Both the position numbers and the translations under genes were made by a program. A stretch of DNA of 64,000 nt from a virus. Lineage: Duplodnaviria > Caudoviricetes. Every line of letters starts with the position of its first letter. Position 1 is the first letter of the stretch. The notes beneath the pieces are model-generated. The model ran no database searches and was not told where the DNA came from. It was given only the letters and a program-made list of their open reading frames with translations. The DNA is taken from positions 24,141 through 88,140 of IMG/VR virus record IMGVR_UViG_3300021511_000252. One strand, written 5' to 3'. Shown piece after piece: positions 8,564 to 17,032 of this stretch.

Positions 8564-10591
8564 GTGGTAACAATTTCTCATAAATATATTCCAGCGTATG
8601 AAGCATTAGCAAGAACCTTCTCCAAAAAAACAGGAACTAAGATTATTTGTAAAGGAGGAGGGTTTATGACTGATGGCAAAACAATTTGGATTCCTGATAT
8701 TCCTGATGAATTAAATAAAGAACTTCGAGATCCTGCCCTTGCAGGAATTTTACACGAAAGCCAACACATTGTCCATACTTCCTTCAAAAAAGAATTAAGA
8801 AGCCGTAAAATCATTACACAATTCAAAGGTCTCTTTAACAACATAGAAGATATCCGAATATATAAGTTAGGAAAAAAAGATTATTCTGGATATCAAAATC
8901 TTCAAGAAACAGGTCTTAATTTCATTAAAGACAAGATAATAATTCCAAGCCTACTCAACAATTCCTCAAATAAAAATAAAAATCTACCTACCTTATTAGG
9001 AGGATGCCTCCAATATAGACAATCAGGAATAGATGATAGCTTCTTTCCTGCTTCTGTAAGAAAGATGGCAGATATAGCAGAAAAGGAACTTAAAAAAGTT
9101 AAATGGATTCCCGGAGAAAAGGGAGCCTCCCAGGCCGCTGACCTTACAGAGAAAATAGTAATGCGACTTAAAGAGAAATTAGATAAAGAAGAAAAAACTT
9201 CTTCAGATAAAAGCCCAAATTCAAAAGAAAACGAAAGCAAAGAAAAAGAAAGCAAAGAAAAAGAAAGCAAAGAAAAAGAAGAAAAGTTTGACAATGAAAA
9301 AAACAAAAAAAATGAAGAAAATGGCCCCGAAGACAAAAAAGACGAAAAAGACAAAAAAGACGAAAAAGAAAACGAAGAAGGAGAAGGAGCTCCAGAAAGT
9401 AAAGGGGAAGGAACTGAAGAAGAAGATAATAATAATGGTGAAAAAAAAGGTTCTTTTTCTAACAATAAAGAAAGCAAAGAAGATGAAGAAAATACCTCAA
9501 GAGAAAATGACGATAAGGGCCTTGCTGAAACTTTAATTGACTTCTTTAACGAAGATAATGAAGAAGAACCAGACAGTTTAATGGATCAACTCGAAAACTT
9601 TATAGAAGAAATCGTAAGAAAATTTAATGTAGATAACAATAAGCATGTTCCTTCTCCAGAAATTCTACCCTTTGATGAAGAAACTCACATAAAAGAATTT
9701 TATGAACAAAAAAAGAAAAGAGAAGGGGAACTTGCAGTCGCAAATCTAAAAACAGAATTTTCCGAAATCTCTTCTTTAATAGACCAACAAACACAACTTC
9801 TTAAATCAAAAATTTTACCTGTACTTTTAGCAGAAAAAAGAAGTTCTTTCATATTTGAACAAGAAGAAGGGGAATTAGATAGTGCTCGAATATTCAGGAT
9901 TCCTAATGGAGATTCTAAAGTATATAAGAAAAGAGTTCTTGGAAAAAAACTTAATACAGCTATATCTATTCTTTGCGATATTTCGGGGTCTATGGCTGGA
10001 AACAAAATGAGGATGTTACACCCCACTCTTCTTGTAATTGCAGATACGCTATTTGCCCTAAAGATTCCATTTGAAATATTGGCATTTTCTACAGATGGAG
10101 ACAAAAATCTTTCTAAAAATTATCAGAAATTAAATGATTTGCAAAACAAGTTCTGGGGCAAAACCCTTTCCTCTGAAGACCTAATTTATAACCGTTTTTC
10201 TCCCCTTTTTCATCTTATCATTAAATCTTTTCCAGAAAATTATATTCAAGTAAGAGAACTTATTCCTCTTATAAACGCAATGAAGTCTAATGTAGATGGA
10301 GAAGCGGTTGAATGGGCCGCTAAAAGATTAGCCCGACAAAGAGAAGAAAGAAAAATTCTTATGGTTCTTAGTGATGGAATGCCCGCAAACACAACTTCAG
10401 ATTCTTATCTTCTTGAACGTCATTTAAAAGAAACCGTTAGAAAAATAGAAAAGACAGGAATTGAAGTTTTAGGAGTAGGAATGCTAACCTCTGCACCTGG
10501 ACAATTTTATACTTCCTCTGTTGTTATAAATTCTATAGACAAAATATCCGAAAATATATATCGGGCCTTATTAGAGAAGCTTCGAAATTAA
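8564..10591 (+). CDS. CobT-like vWA-domain protein with N-terminal HExxH motif and acidic low-complexity linker
   Basis: HESQH; MIDAS DISGS; DGEAV and LSDGMP; E/K-rich linker with KEKES repeats. Confidence 0.88.
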   Translation: MVTISHKYIPAYEALARTFSKKTGTKIICKGGGFMTDGKTIWIPDIPDELNKELRDPALAGILHESQHIVHTSFKKELRSRKIITQFKGLFNNIEDIRIYKLGKKDYSGYQNLQETGLNFIKDKIIIPSLLNNSSNKNKNLPTLLGGCLQYRQSGIDDSFFPASVRKMADIAEKELKKVKWIPGEKGASQAADLTEKIVMRLKEKLDKEEKTSSDKSPNSKENESKEKESKEKESKEKEEKFDNEKNKKNEENGPEDKKDEKDKKDEKENEEGEGAPESKGEGTEEEDNNNGEKKGSFSNNKESKEDEENTSRENDDKGLAETLIDFFNEDNEEEPDSLMDQLENFIEEIVRKFNVDNNKHVPSPEILPFDEETHIKEFYEQKKKREGELAVANLKTEFSEISSLIDQQTQLLKSKILPVLLAEKRSSFIFEQEEGELDSARIFRIPNGDSKVYKKRVLGKKLNTAISILCDISGSMAGNKMRMLHPTLLVIADTLFALKIPFEILAFSTDGDKNLSKNYQKLNDLQNKFWGKTLSSEDLIYNRFSPLFHLIIKSFPENYIQVRELIPLINAMKSNVDGEAVEWAAKRLARQREERKILMVLSDGMPANTTSDSYLLERHLKETVRKIEKTGIEVLGVGMLTSAPGQFYTSSVVINSIDKISENIYRALLEKLRN

Positions 10592-10616
10592 TTAAATTAA
10601 GTAAGGGGGAATTAAT

Positions 10617-11393
10617 ATGACTGAAGATTTCGAGTATGGAACAAAGATGACTTTTTTATCCGATAAGGAAGCTGAAGCCTTTTTAAAAAAATATGATAAA
10701 ATAATCCTCCTTGAATCTAAGAAAAAACCTAAAATTCACGGAATAACAACTGAAGATATGGCTCAAGAATGCAGAATGAAGTTGTTGGCGGGATTTCATT
10801 TATTTGATAAAGAGAAATCTTCAGAAAAAACTTGGGTGCTTACTGTTGTTAAAAGAACCCTTAATGGAATTTTAAACCAAGCCTTTAGAAAAAAGAGAAC
10901 ATGCTCAATCATAGAACAAGGTGATAACAATACAGAAATTCCAGTAAGAGACTATAGTTTTGAAAGATATAAAACTCATACAGCTAAAGATAAAACCAGA
11001 AGTTTAGAAGAAACATATACGGGACCTCCGGATGGAAGATCTGCTTTTGGTACAACTTCCTCTTTTACTTCCGAAGATTATCTTTTAGTGTTAGAAGCTT
11101 TACAGTTTCTGAAATCTAAGCTCCCCCAAGCTTCTTACGAAGCTATTAAAGAAGAAATTTTTCCAGAAATAGAAGAACAAATACATATTAATCCAAATTT
11201 AAAAGTTGAATATGAAATAAAGGAAGTAGAAGAATATAACAACATATGGACAATCTTTACGCCTAATGCAAAAGAAAGCGAAATTAAAATCTTAAGTCAA
11301 ATTGCAGATTTCTTCGTTCAAGTATTAGGATTTAATAAAGAAAAGATCTTAAATAGAACAAGTTCTCAAGATATTAAGCTTTCCGTATATTAA
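10617..11393 (+). CDS. Sigma70-family region-2-like transcription factor
   Basis: EDMAQECRMKLL..FD..K....TWVLTVVKRTL resembles sigma region 2; no clear region-4 HTH. Confidence 0.65.
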   Translation: MTEDFEYGTKMTFLSDKEAEAFLKKYDKIILLESKKKPKIHGITTEDMAQECRMKLLAGFHLFDKEKSSEKTWVLTVVKRTLNGILNQAFRKKRTCSIIEQGDNNTEIPVRDYSFERYKTHTAKDKTRSLEETYTGPPDGRSAFGTTSSFTSEDYLLVLEALQFLKSKLPQASYEAIKEEIFPEIEEQIHINPNLKVEYEIKEVEEYNNIWTIFTPNAKESEIKILSQIADFFVQVLGFNKEKILNRTSSQDIKLSVY

Positions 11394-11409
11394 AGAAAAA
11401 GGAGGCATT

Positions 11410-11700
11410 ATGGGCAAAGAAATAAATGATATCGCGAAAATACTGGCTGATATATATTTTTTAAAATTTGGAGGAAAATATAAGGGAAGATATAGTATAA
11501 CCAGAAAAAATTTATTAAAAATGTCCAATAAACGCAGAATGAGTGAGAAGTTCATTAATGATCTTAAACATACAATATTAGAAATGGGTTACGCAATGAT
11601 TGAAGTGGATGAAACCTTTAAAATTATTGATTTAGATGTAATGGGTAATTATCGTAGAGTGCCTAAAAACATAGTGAACATTTTTGATAATATAGATTAG
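11410..11700 (+). CDS. Hypothetical protein
   Basis: 96-aa ORF, GGAGG RBS; last plus-strand gene. Confidence 0.8.
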   Translation: MGKEINDIAKILADIYFLKFGGKYKGRYSITRKNLLKMSNKRRMSEKFINDLKHTILEMGYAMIEVDETFKIIDLDVMGNYRRVPKNIVNIFDNID

Positions 11701-11767
11701 AAAGATAATAAAGATAACCATGCCCCCATAGACAAAAAAAAACAATAGATCTCTAAATAAGGTCAAT

Positions 11768-11807
11768 AAAGCCCCTAATTTGTAGATTAGATTAGGGGTT
11801 TTATTTT
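11768..11807 (+). terminator. Rho-independent (possibly bidirectional) terminator
   Basis: Stem AAAGCCCCTAAT/ATTAGGGGTTTT followed by a T-rich tract, between convergent gene blocks. Confidence 0.75.
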
Positions 11808-12079
11808 GCCTAAAATTTGTGCCCTATTTTAAAAATCTATAAAGCCTCCAGACTGCCCACAGTAACCACCTATATAAAAATACATACCAACATACTGCTT
11901 TTAATATTTGAGGCCACCTACGTTAGTCTGAGAGGCCTTCAGAATGGTATTAAATTTACAGCTACCCTTAAAATAAACTATAACAAAGCCACAGCCTTTA
12001 AATCGCCCTATTTTTAGCCCCTCAGGATGCACCACACGCCCCTCAAATTGTTAAGCCCTATGCCTACCATGCCCTATTT

Positions 12080-12475
12080 TTAACGGAAAATTATTGAATT
12101 TAAACCAAACCCCTTATAGATCTTATCGGCCTCTTCTAAATCGGGTTCATCATAAGTAGTATTTTTCCACAATGTCCCGCCTTCAACATAAATTAAATAA
12201 GATTCTTTAAACATTTTTCTTGCTTCATCTCTCCATTCTTTTTTAGGAGAAATAAGTGCTACAATAACTATTAAACCTTGATCTTCAAATAAGGATGCAA
12301 GTTTTGCAATAGTTAAAATGTTTTGCCTTCTGCCTTCATCTGTAAAGTTAGATTTAATTATTTTTCTAATTTCATCACCATCTAATACCAGAGAAGGGGG
12401 CAATAAAAGATTATGTAATTTATAAGCTAACGTAGTCTTACCTGCATTTGCTTTTCCTGTTATCCAGATTACCAT
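12080..12475 (-). CDS. cysC: Adenylyl-sulfate (APS) kinase, shortened
   Basis: VIWITGKANAGKTTLA, LDGDEIR, R.QNI..IA.LA, IVALISP, R.EAR; lid region reduced. Confidence 0.85.
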   Translation of the reverse strand: MVIWITGKANAGKTTLAYKLHNLLLPPSLVLDGDEIRKIIKSNFTDEGRRQNILTIAKLASLFEDQGLIVIVALISPKKEWRDEARKMFKESYLIYVEGGTLWKNTTYDEPDLEEADKIYKGFGLNSIIFR

Positions 12476-12525
12476 TTTACTTCCTCCTCCAAGTATTCCA
12501 ATCCCTTACTGTGTCAATTCTTCTT

Positions 12526-12777
12526 TCACACTAACGGACATTTTTTAATCCACTCACACGATTCACAACCCCAGCCAAGCCGGTCACAAGGCGGAAGCTC
12601 CATTTCTCCCTTCTCACCAGGCGGATCTGGTAATTCTTGCCAGTACAGAACCTCACAATCCCATTCCGAAGCCTCGATCCAATTATCACAGACATAATTG
12701 TCAATAACCCAGGCTGTATTTCCCTCAGTGTCTTTAGACAGCGTGAGTACGGATCGGCTGTTGTCTGGTGGGTTCAC
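12526..12777 (-). CDS. DUF551-like phage protein
   Basis: Ends of the DUF551 pattern (PP....VL ... VLYWQELPDPP) plus a Cys-rich tail. Confidence 0.55.
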   Translation of the reverse strand: MNPPDNSRSVLTLSKDTEGNTAWVIDNYVCDNWIEASEWDCEVLYWQELPDPPGEKGEMELPPCDRLGWGCESCEWIKKCPLV

Positions 12778-12778
12778 T

Positions 12779-12928
12779 TTATTTTATTTTAAATGTTATT
12801 GTAGTTTCGATATGGCTGGTAAAGATAAGGGCAAATACCCACCAAGATAATTCACCATATATGCATAGAATTACCCCAAATACGAGTGATACCAAAAAGA
12901 ATGGATTGAACGAACATTTATTTATCAT
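12779..12928 (-). CDS. Small membrane peptide (below track cutoff)
   Basis: Hand-translated MINKCSFNPFFLVSLVFGVILCIYGELSWWVFALIF..., 49 aa, overlapping the pentapeptide gene stop. Confidence 0.55.
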   Translation of the reverse strand: MINKCSFNPFFLVSLVFGVILCIYGELSWWVFALIFTSHIETTITFKIK

Positions 12929-13754
12929 TTCCCCCCTCCGGTGCGATCTGTTTATTATATTTACCTCTAAAATACCCTTCTATTCCCCAATTTTTTGCCT
13001 TGCAAATCTCTACTATTAACTCACGATCTGTCATTTCGGGCAAACCTGGTTTCCATAATTCCCTTGATTCCGTGAAAAACCAGGCTCTTTCTTCATTTCG
13101 GTATGGACATGCTTCGCCGTTTGCCCATTTGTCAAAACATTCCGGATGGGGATGCGCATAAGCACCACGACGCATAAGTTCAATAGTAAGATCGGTAGGT
13201 AATTGGCCGAGAGTGATGGACGATAATAAACGGATTGATGGAAATTTGGAAAATTCGAGATTCGCATACCTGAGATCCGCAGACCTGAGATCCGCATCAC
13301 TGAGATCCGCATACCTGAGATCTGCACACCTGAGATCCGCAGACCTGAGATCCACATCACTGAGATTTGCAGACCTGAGATTCGTAGACCTGAGATTTGC
13401 AGACCTGAGATCCGTAGACCTGAAATCCACATCACTGAGATTTGCAGACCTGAGATTCGCATACCTGAAATCCGCATCGCTGAGATTCGCATACCTGAGA
13501 TCCGCAGACCTGAAATCCACATCACTGAGATCCGCATACCTGAGATCCACAGACCTGAAATCCGCATACCTGAGATCCGCATACCTGAGATCCGTATGCC
13601 TGAGATTCACATTTCTTAGATTCGCATTTCTCAGGTCTGCATCACTTAGATCCACACCACTTAGATCCACAGACCCCTTTTCTGCCAGTTCCTTCACGGA
13701 ACCCTCCCCCTCAATGATAACTTCACCTGTGTATCTGTTTCGTATTTTCGCCAT
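12918..13754 (-). CDS. Pentapeptide-repeat protein with C-terminal domain
   Basis: About 25 tandem A(D/N)LRS/Y pentapeptides; typical phage N-terminus MAKIRNRYTGEVI. Confidence 0.92.
   Translation of the reverse strand: MAKIRNRYTGEVIIEGEGSVKELAEKGSVDLSGVDLSDADLRNANLRNVNLRHTDLRYADLRYADFRSVDLRYADLSDVDFRSADLRYANLSDADFRYANLRSANLSDVDFRSTDLRSANLRSTNLRSANLSDVDLRSADLRCADLRYADLSDADLRSADLRYANLEFSKFPSIRLLSSITLGQLPTDLTIELMRRGAYAHPHPECFDKWANGEACPYRNEERAWFFTESRELWKPGLPEMTDRELIVEICKAKNWGIEGYFRGKYNKQIAPEGGNDK
13255..13670. repeat. 15-bp tandem repeat encoding the pentapeptide solenoid
   Basis: Units such as CTGAGATCCGCAGAC and CTGAGATCCGCATAC in tandem. Confidence 0.9.
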
Positions 13755-13816
13755 GATGATGATGACTCCTTACTGTCTGAAGGCATAATGTGTTGCATGA
13801 CTCTCCCCTTGGTGTT

Positions 13817-14083
13817 TCATGGCAACCCAACTTCTCTGGTAAATGTTATAGAATGGAAAAGACCATTACTGACTCTTTCAGGTGTAACAATCCGAATGAA
13901 CTCGTTATCTAAATTAATATCTTCTAAATTAATGATGTCGCGCTCATCTACATCAAAAGCACCACCCCCTCCAATCTGACCAAACCTCAATTTGCAATAC
14001 CCATCTTCAGGTTCAAGTTTAGTTATGAATTTAACCGTTGCCATAGCTAATCGCAATTTTGTTTTCATCATCATCTTCTCCAT
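13817..14083 (-). CDS. Hypothetical protein
   Basis: 88-aa ORF. Confidence 0.6.
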   Translation of the reverse strand: MEKMMMKTKLRLAMATVKFITKLEPEDGYCKLRFGQIGGGGAFDVDERDIINLEDINLDNEFIRIVTPERVSNGLFHSITFTREVGLP

Positions 14084-14143
14084 CTTCGATATCGTAAATA
14101 CAATAGAATGCAGAAATATATGATCTGCTAATAATCCATCATA

Positions 14144-14338
14144 TCATTCCCCTTTGGCTACTTTACATTCTACTAAATCACAGTAATGAGTTTGGGTGAT
14201 TGAGTTAAAACTAATGATGTGTTCGACTTTTTCTATCAGCCATTCCTCTTCAAGTTGTAGTGATACCACTACTTCTCCCACTCGCGGGACAACGGATGAT
14301 TTATATCTAAGTTTGTCTATAAGGATAATGTCCATCAT
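14144..14338 (-). CDS. Hypothetical protein
   Basis: 64-aa ORF, GAGG RBS. Confidence 0.65.
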   Translation of the reverse strand: MMDIILIDKLRYKSSVVPRVGEVVVSLQLEEEWLIEKVEHIISFNSITQTHYCDLVECKVAKGE

Positions 14339-14392
14339 AGTTACCTCTTAAAATTGTGTGCGCCCCAAGCTTTGTGTACACGCCGCTATTTT

Positions 14393-14505
14393 TTCACTGT
14401 TAGGGATTTGAACCCATATCTAAGGATTATCGTATATTTTCAGGCCATGAACCCCTATCTTTTACGAACCACCCTTATATCCTTCCAGATTAGATGAGAC
14501 AGCGA
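14393..14505 (-). ncRNA. Degenerate tRNA-like element with expanded anticodon arm, enclosed by an outer inverted repeat (14351-14365/14506-14518)
   Basis: Acceptor TCGCTGT/ACAGTGA, T-loop GGG-TTCAAAT-CCC, stem TAAGG/CCTTA enclosing 47 nt. Confidence 0.55.
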
Positions 14506-14520
14506 GGGCGCACAATTTGA

Positions 14521-14750
14521 TGTGGCAGCCAGGACTCGAACCTGGACGGGAGAGGCTTTATTATCGTGGGGGAGTATAAACGCATTCTATTCCCACTTCC
14601 TGTTAATTCAGGCCCAGACCTCAAATTTATCAGGACGGTGTGTTTGCCCTATTCACCCCGATAGCCATATACTCTACACTATCTGCGTCTACCAATGACA
14701 GGATGTTGGATATATATCCTATGTAACCTTGCCAATTCCGCTACTGCCAC
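14521..14750 (-). ncRNA. 230-nt tRNA-Leu-like RNA with D-loop, anticodon-loop and variable-arm insertions
   Basis: Perfect acceptor GTGGCAG/CTGCCAC-A, Leu-type D arm GCGGAAT..TTGGTAGACGC, stem GATAG/CTATC, T arm CCAGG-TTCGAGT-CCTGG. Confidence 0.7.
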
Positions 14751-14957
14751 ATACTGTAAAGATCAATCCTGCTACCCTCTACCCGATCCTCATGGCACAG
14801 AGACTCTTAGACTTATTTAATGAGAATCGTAATTTGATGATGAAATAACAACAATGCCACAACAATTCTATTTTTGACAGCTAAATTTTTTATAAAAAAT
14901 TTTCCACTTAGGAACTATACGTTCGGACCAAATAAAAGGCGAGAGATTTAAAATCTG

Positions 14958-15365
14958 TTACCAAGGAAGATCCTCCTCCTCATCCGTTACATCCCTTACA
15001 TTAAAAGAAAGAGGGGGCCTTTCTTCTAATTCATCTATGGGAATAGAAGTATCCCCCCAAGGGTCAACAACTTCGATTATCTGATCTATCTGGTTACGAA
15101 AATGTTTAGGAAGATCTTCATTTTTAGCTAAATATTCTAAAACATAAGAACTCTCTTCATATCCTCTAAGAAGAGAAGAGATTTTTCTGCCGCTATGCTT
15201 ACCAAATAAAAGGATCCCATCTTCAAGAGGTTTCTTCTTAGAAGGGGATAAGGGGATAGTTTCAAGAAGGGGTTTAGCTCTAAGGGAATATTTAATACGG
15301 CTATTTCTTTCTTCGTTTAGAGCTTCTGCTCTTTTTTCCACTTTTTTTATGTTGAATTTGCCCAT
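14958..15365 (-). CDS. Hypothetical protein (contains FGKH.G motif)
   Basis: 135-aa ORF; LFGKHSGRKISSL resembles the small FGKY.G motif found at exonuclease C-termini. Confidence 0.7.
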   Translation of the reverse strand: MGKFNIKKVEKRAEALNEERNSRIKYSLRAKPLLETIPLSPSKKKPLEDGILLFGKHSGRKISSLLRGYEESSYVLEYLAKNEDLPKHFRNQIDQIIEVVDPWGDTSIPIDELEERPPLSFNVRDVTDEEEDLPW

Positions 15366-15840
15366 TGTTAGCTTCCTCCTTCTTCTTTCTCTTCTTTTTC
15401 TTCTTTTTCTTCTTTTTCATATCTAAGTATTTAAGAGTTTGAAGGGGATTAGTCTTTAATCCTCTATAAACACTCATAAGGTAAATAAATTTATTATAAA
15501 GCCTTATAAGGTCTTTTCTTTCTTGAAATAAATTTTTACTCTTACAAAAGGAGATCATTTTTGAACGAGGTTTTGAAATGCAGATCGGATAATAAGAACA
15601 ACCAATTTCTCTACAAATGTAAACTCTTCTCTTGAGAGCATCACAAGGCTTTCTGCAAACTTTATGGCAAAGATAAATATGCTGCTGGTAACTTGAAGAT
15701 CTAAGTTCACCTTTAGAATTTGTTTTAACTCCATCTGGATAACAAAACAAATGGTTCGTATGTTTTTTTGAAAACGTGTTAATCTTTTTCCAGAGAATCT
15801 TTTTTAACTTTTCTACTCTTTCTTTATCTTCTTTTTTCAT
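15301..15840 (-). CDS. Basic Cys-containing hypothetical protein
   Basis: 179-aa ORF, several Cys, poly-K tail. Confidence 0.7.
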   Translation of the reverse strand: MKKEDKERVEKLKKILWKKINTFSKKHTNHLFCYPDGVKTNSKGELRSSSYQQHIYLCHKVCRKPCDALKRRVYICREIGCSYYPICISKPRSKMISFCKSKNLFQERKDLIRLYNKFIYLMSVYRGLKTNPLQTLKYLDMKKKKKKKKKRKKKEEANNGQIQHKKSGKKSRSSKRRKK

Positions 15841-16017
15841 TTAATCCTCTTCAAATTCTAAGATTGTAAAAATTCCCCCTGAATCTATACCCATCTCTAT
15901 AGACATAAATTCCCTTCTTTCAAGTTCTTTAATGGAAAGTTTCTTTCCTGAAAGAATTTCCGCACAATAAAGTTCTCCTTCTGAATCTCTTTCATAAATT
16001 AAATATTTTTCTAGCAT
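15841..16017 (-). CDS. Small hypothetical protein (below track cutoff)
   Basis: Hand-translated MLEKYLIYERDSEGELYCAEIL...TILEFEED*, 58 aa; fills the gap exactly. Confidence 0.65.
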   Translation of the reverse strand: MLEKYLIYERDSEGELYCAEILSGKKLSIKELERREFMSIEMGIDSGGIFTILEFEED

Positions 16018-16027
16018 CTTAATCTCT

Positions 16028-16747
16028 CTATAACTCAGGCTTATTTTTTAAAAAGAACTCTACTTTAGAACCCTGGTTCATAATTAATTTAAAAAGGGAA
16101 CTTTCCTGATATCTGAACAGATTTTTTAATCCAGGATTTTTCTTGTACCTTTCCTCTTTTAAAAATAACCTAATTTCCTCAGGATCTTCTATTTTGCTTT
16201 TAACGATTTCTTTTGCCATAAGGGTTGCCGCATATCCTACTTGGGCTAGAACGAAAGCATCAGCAGCATCATTATTAGAAATTTTAACACCATACCTATC
16301 TAAGATCTCTAACATTATTTGGTCTTTACTCTTTGCTTTAACCCATGCTTTAATAGTGAGAGGAGAAACTACAAGAAGAGGACTTTTCTTATAATAAAAA
16401 AGCCTTCTTAAAACGCCCCCTAATTCTCCTGCTAATTCTCTACCGAATCTAGCATTCATAGCATACCCCTCTATAACTACAAGGGGAGAAATATTTTCAT
16501 AAAACCCCCTAATCTTTTTTTCAACATAAATGACCTTAGAAAATCCTTCACTAGGAGGTGAAATATTTCCCGTCTCAATCCAATTTTTTTTAGAAGGCTT
16601 CAAAAAACACCATCCTGTAGAACCCCTTGCAGGATCTATACCGAGAATCTCACTCTTATTACAATACTTCTCTACAGCTCTTACTAGAAATTTAGAACCT
16701 TCTATAAAAGCCTTTCTCTGCTCAAGAACGCCTTTTGGCTTAGACAT
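16028..16747 (-). CDS. ruvC: RuvC-like Holliday junction resolvase
   Basis: ILGIDP..GSTGW, VVIEGYA, ELGG, NDAADA catalytic motifs. Confidence 0.88.
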   Translation of the reverse strand: MSKPKGVLEQRKAFIEGSKFLVRAVEKYCNKSEILGIDPARGSTGWCFLKPSKKNWIETGNISPPSEGFSKVIYVEKKIRGFYENISPLVVIEGYAMNARFGRELAGELGGVLRRLFYYKKSPLLVVSPLTIKAWVKAKSKDQIMLEILDRYGVKISNNDAADAFVLAQVGYAATLMAKEIVKSKIEDPEEIRLFLKEERYKKNPGLKNLFRYQESSLFKLIMNQGSKVEFFLKNKPEL

Positions 16748-16759
16748 GAATTAGTCCTC

Positions 16760-17032
16760 TTAATTAATAACTTCAAAAATATGAAAAACTAAAGCTCCAT
16801 TCCTCATTTGAAAAGTGTTTATAAATTTTAAACTCTCTACACCCTCCTCAATTTGATGTCCTGTTCCTACAAAACGAAAAATTCTAGTTTCTAACTCAGC
16901 TTCGGGATTTATTAACGCCCAAAGATAAGGAACTTCTTGCTGAACACCTACAGTTAAGATTTTAGCTCCTCTAGGCAAATCCAATTCGAAATAGTCATTT
17001 ATTTGAATTCTGTATTTGAATATTCTAAGCAT
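16760..17032 (-). CDS. Conserved small phage protein
   Basis: IFKY.....LP.GAKIL.V..Q....LWA......R.F...GTGH pattern common in phages. Confidence 0.7.
   Translation of the reverse strand: MLRIFKYRIQINDYFELDLPRGAKILTVGVQQEVPYLWALINPEAELETRIFRFVGTGHQIEEGVESLKFINTFQMRNGALVFHIFEVIN

Noticed and set aside
8902-9536. ORFs 8902-9477 (-) and 9288-9536 (+)
   Set aside because: Alternative frames of the GAA/AAA-rich linker of the vWA gene; S/F- or K-only composition.
7481-10591. Cobalamin-biosynthesis auxiliary genes (cobS/cobT)
   Set aside because: No cobN or other cob genes; MoxR-vWA pairs are generic in phages.
11817-12017. ORF in the convergent gap
   Set aside because: TTG start without RBS, downstream of the terminator; probably non-coding.
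13031-13788. Long overlapping ORFs 13031-13582 (-) and 13213-13788 (+)
   Set aside because: Shadow frames created by the stop-free 15-bp repeat of the pentapeptide gene.
12918-14750. Possible diversity-generating retroelement target
   Set aside because: No reverse transcriptase and no TR/VR pair differing only at adenines in the window.
14521-14750. tmRNA
   Set aside because: No Ala identity (G3:U70), no encoded CCA, and no convincing tag ORF.
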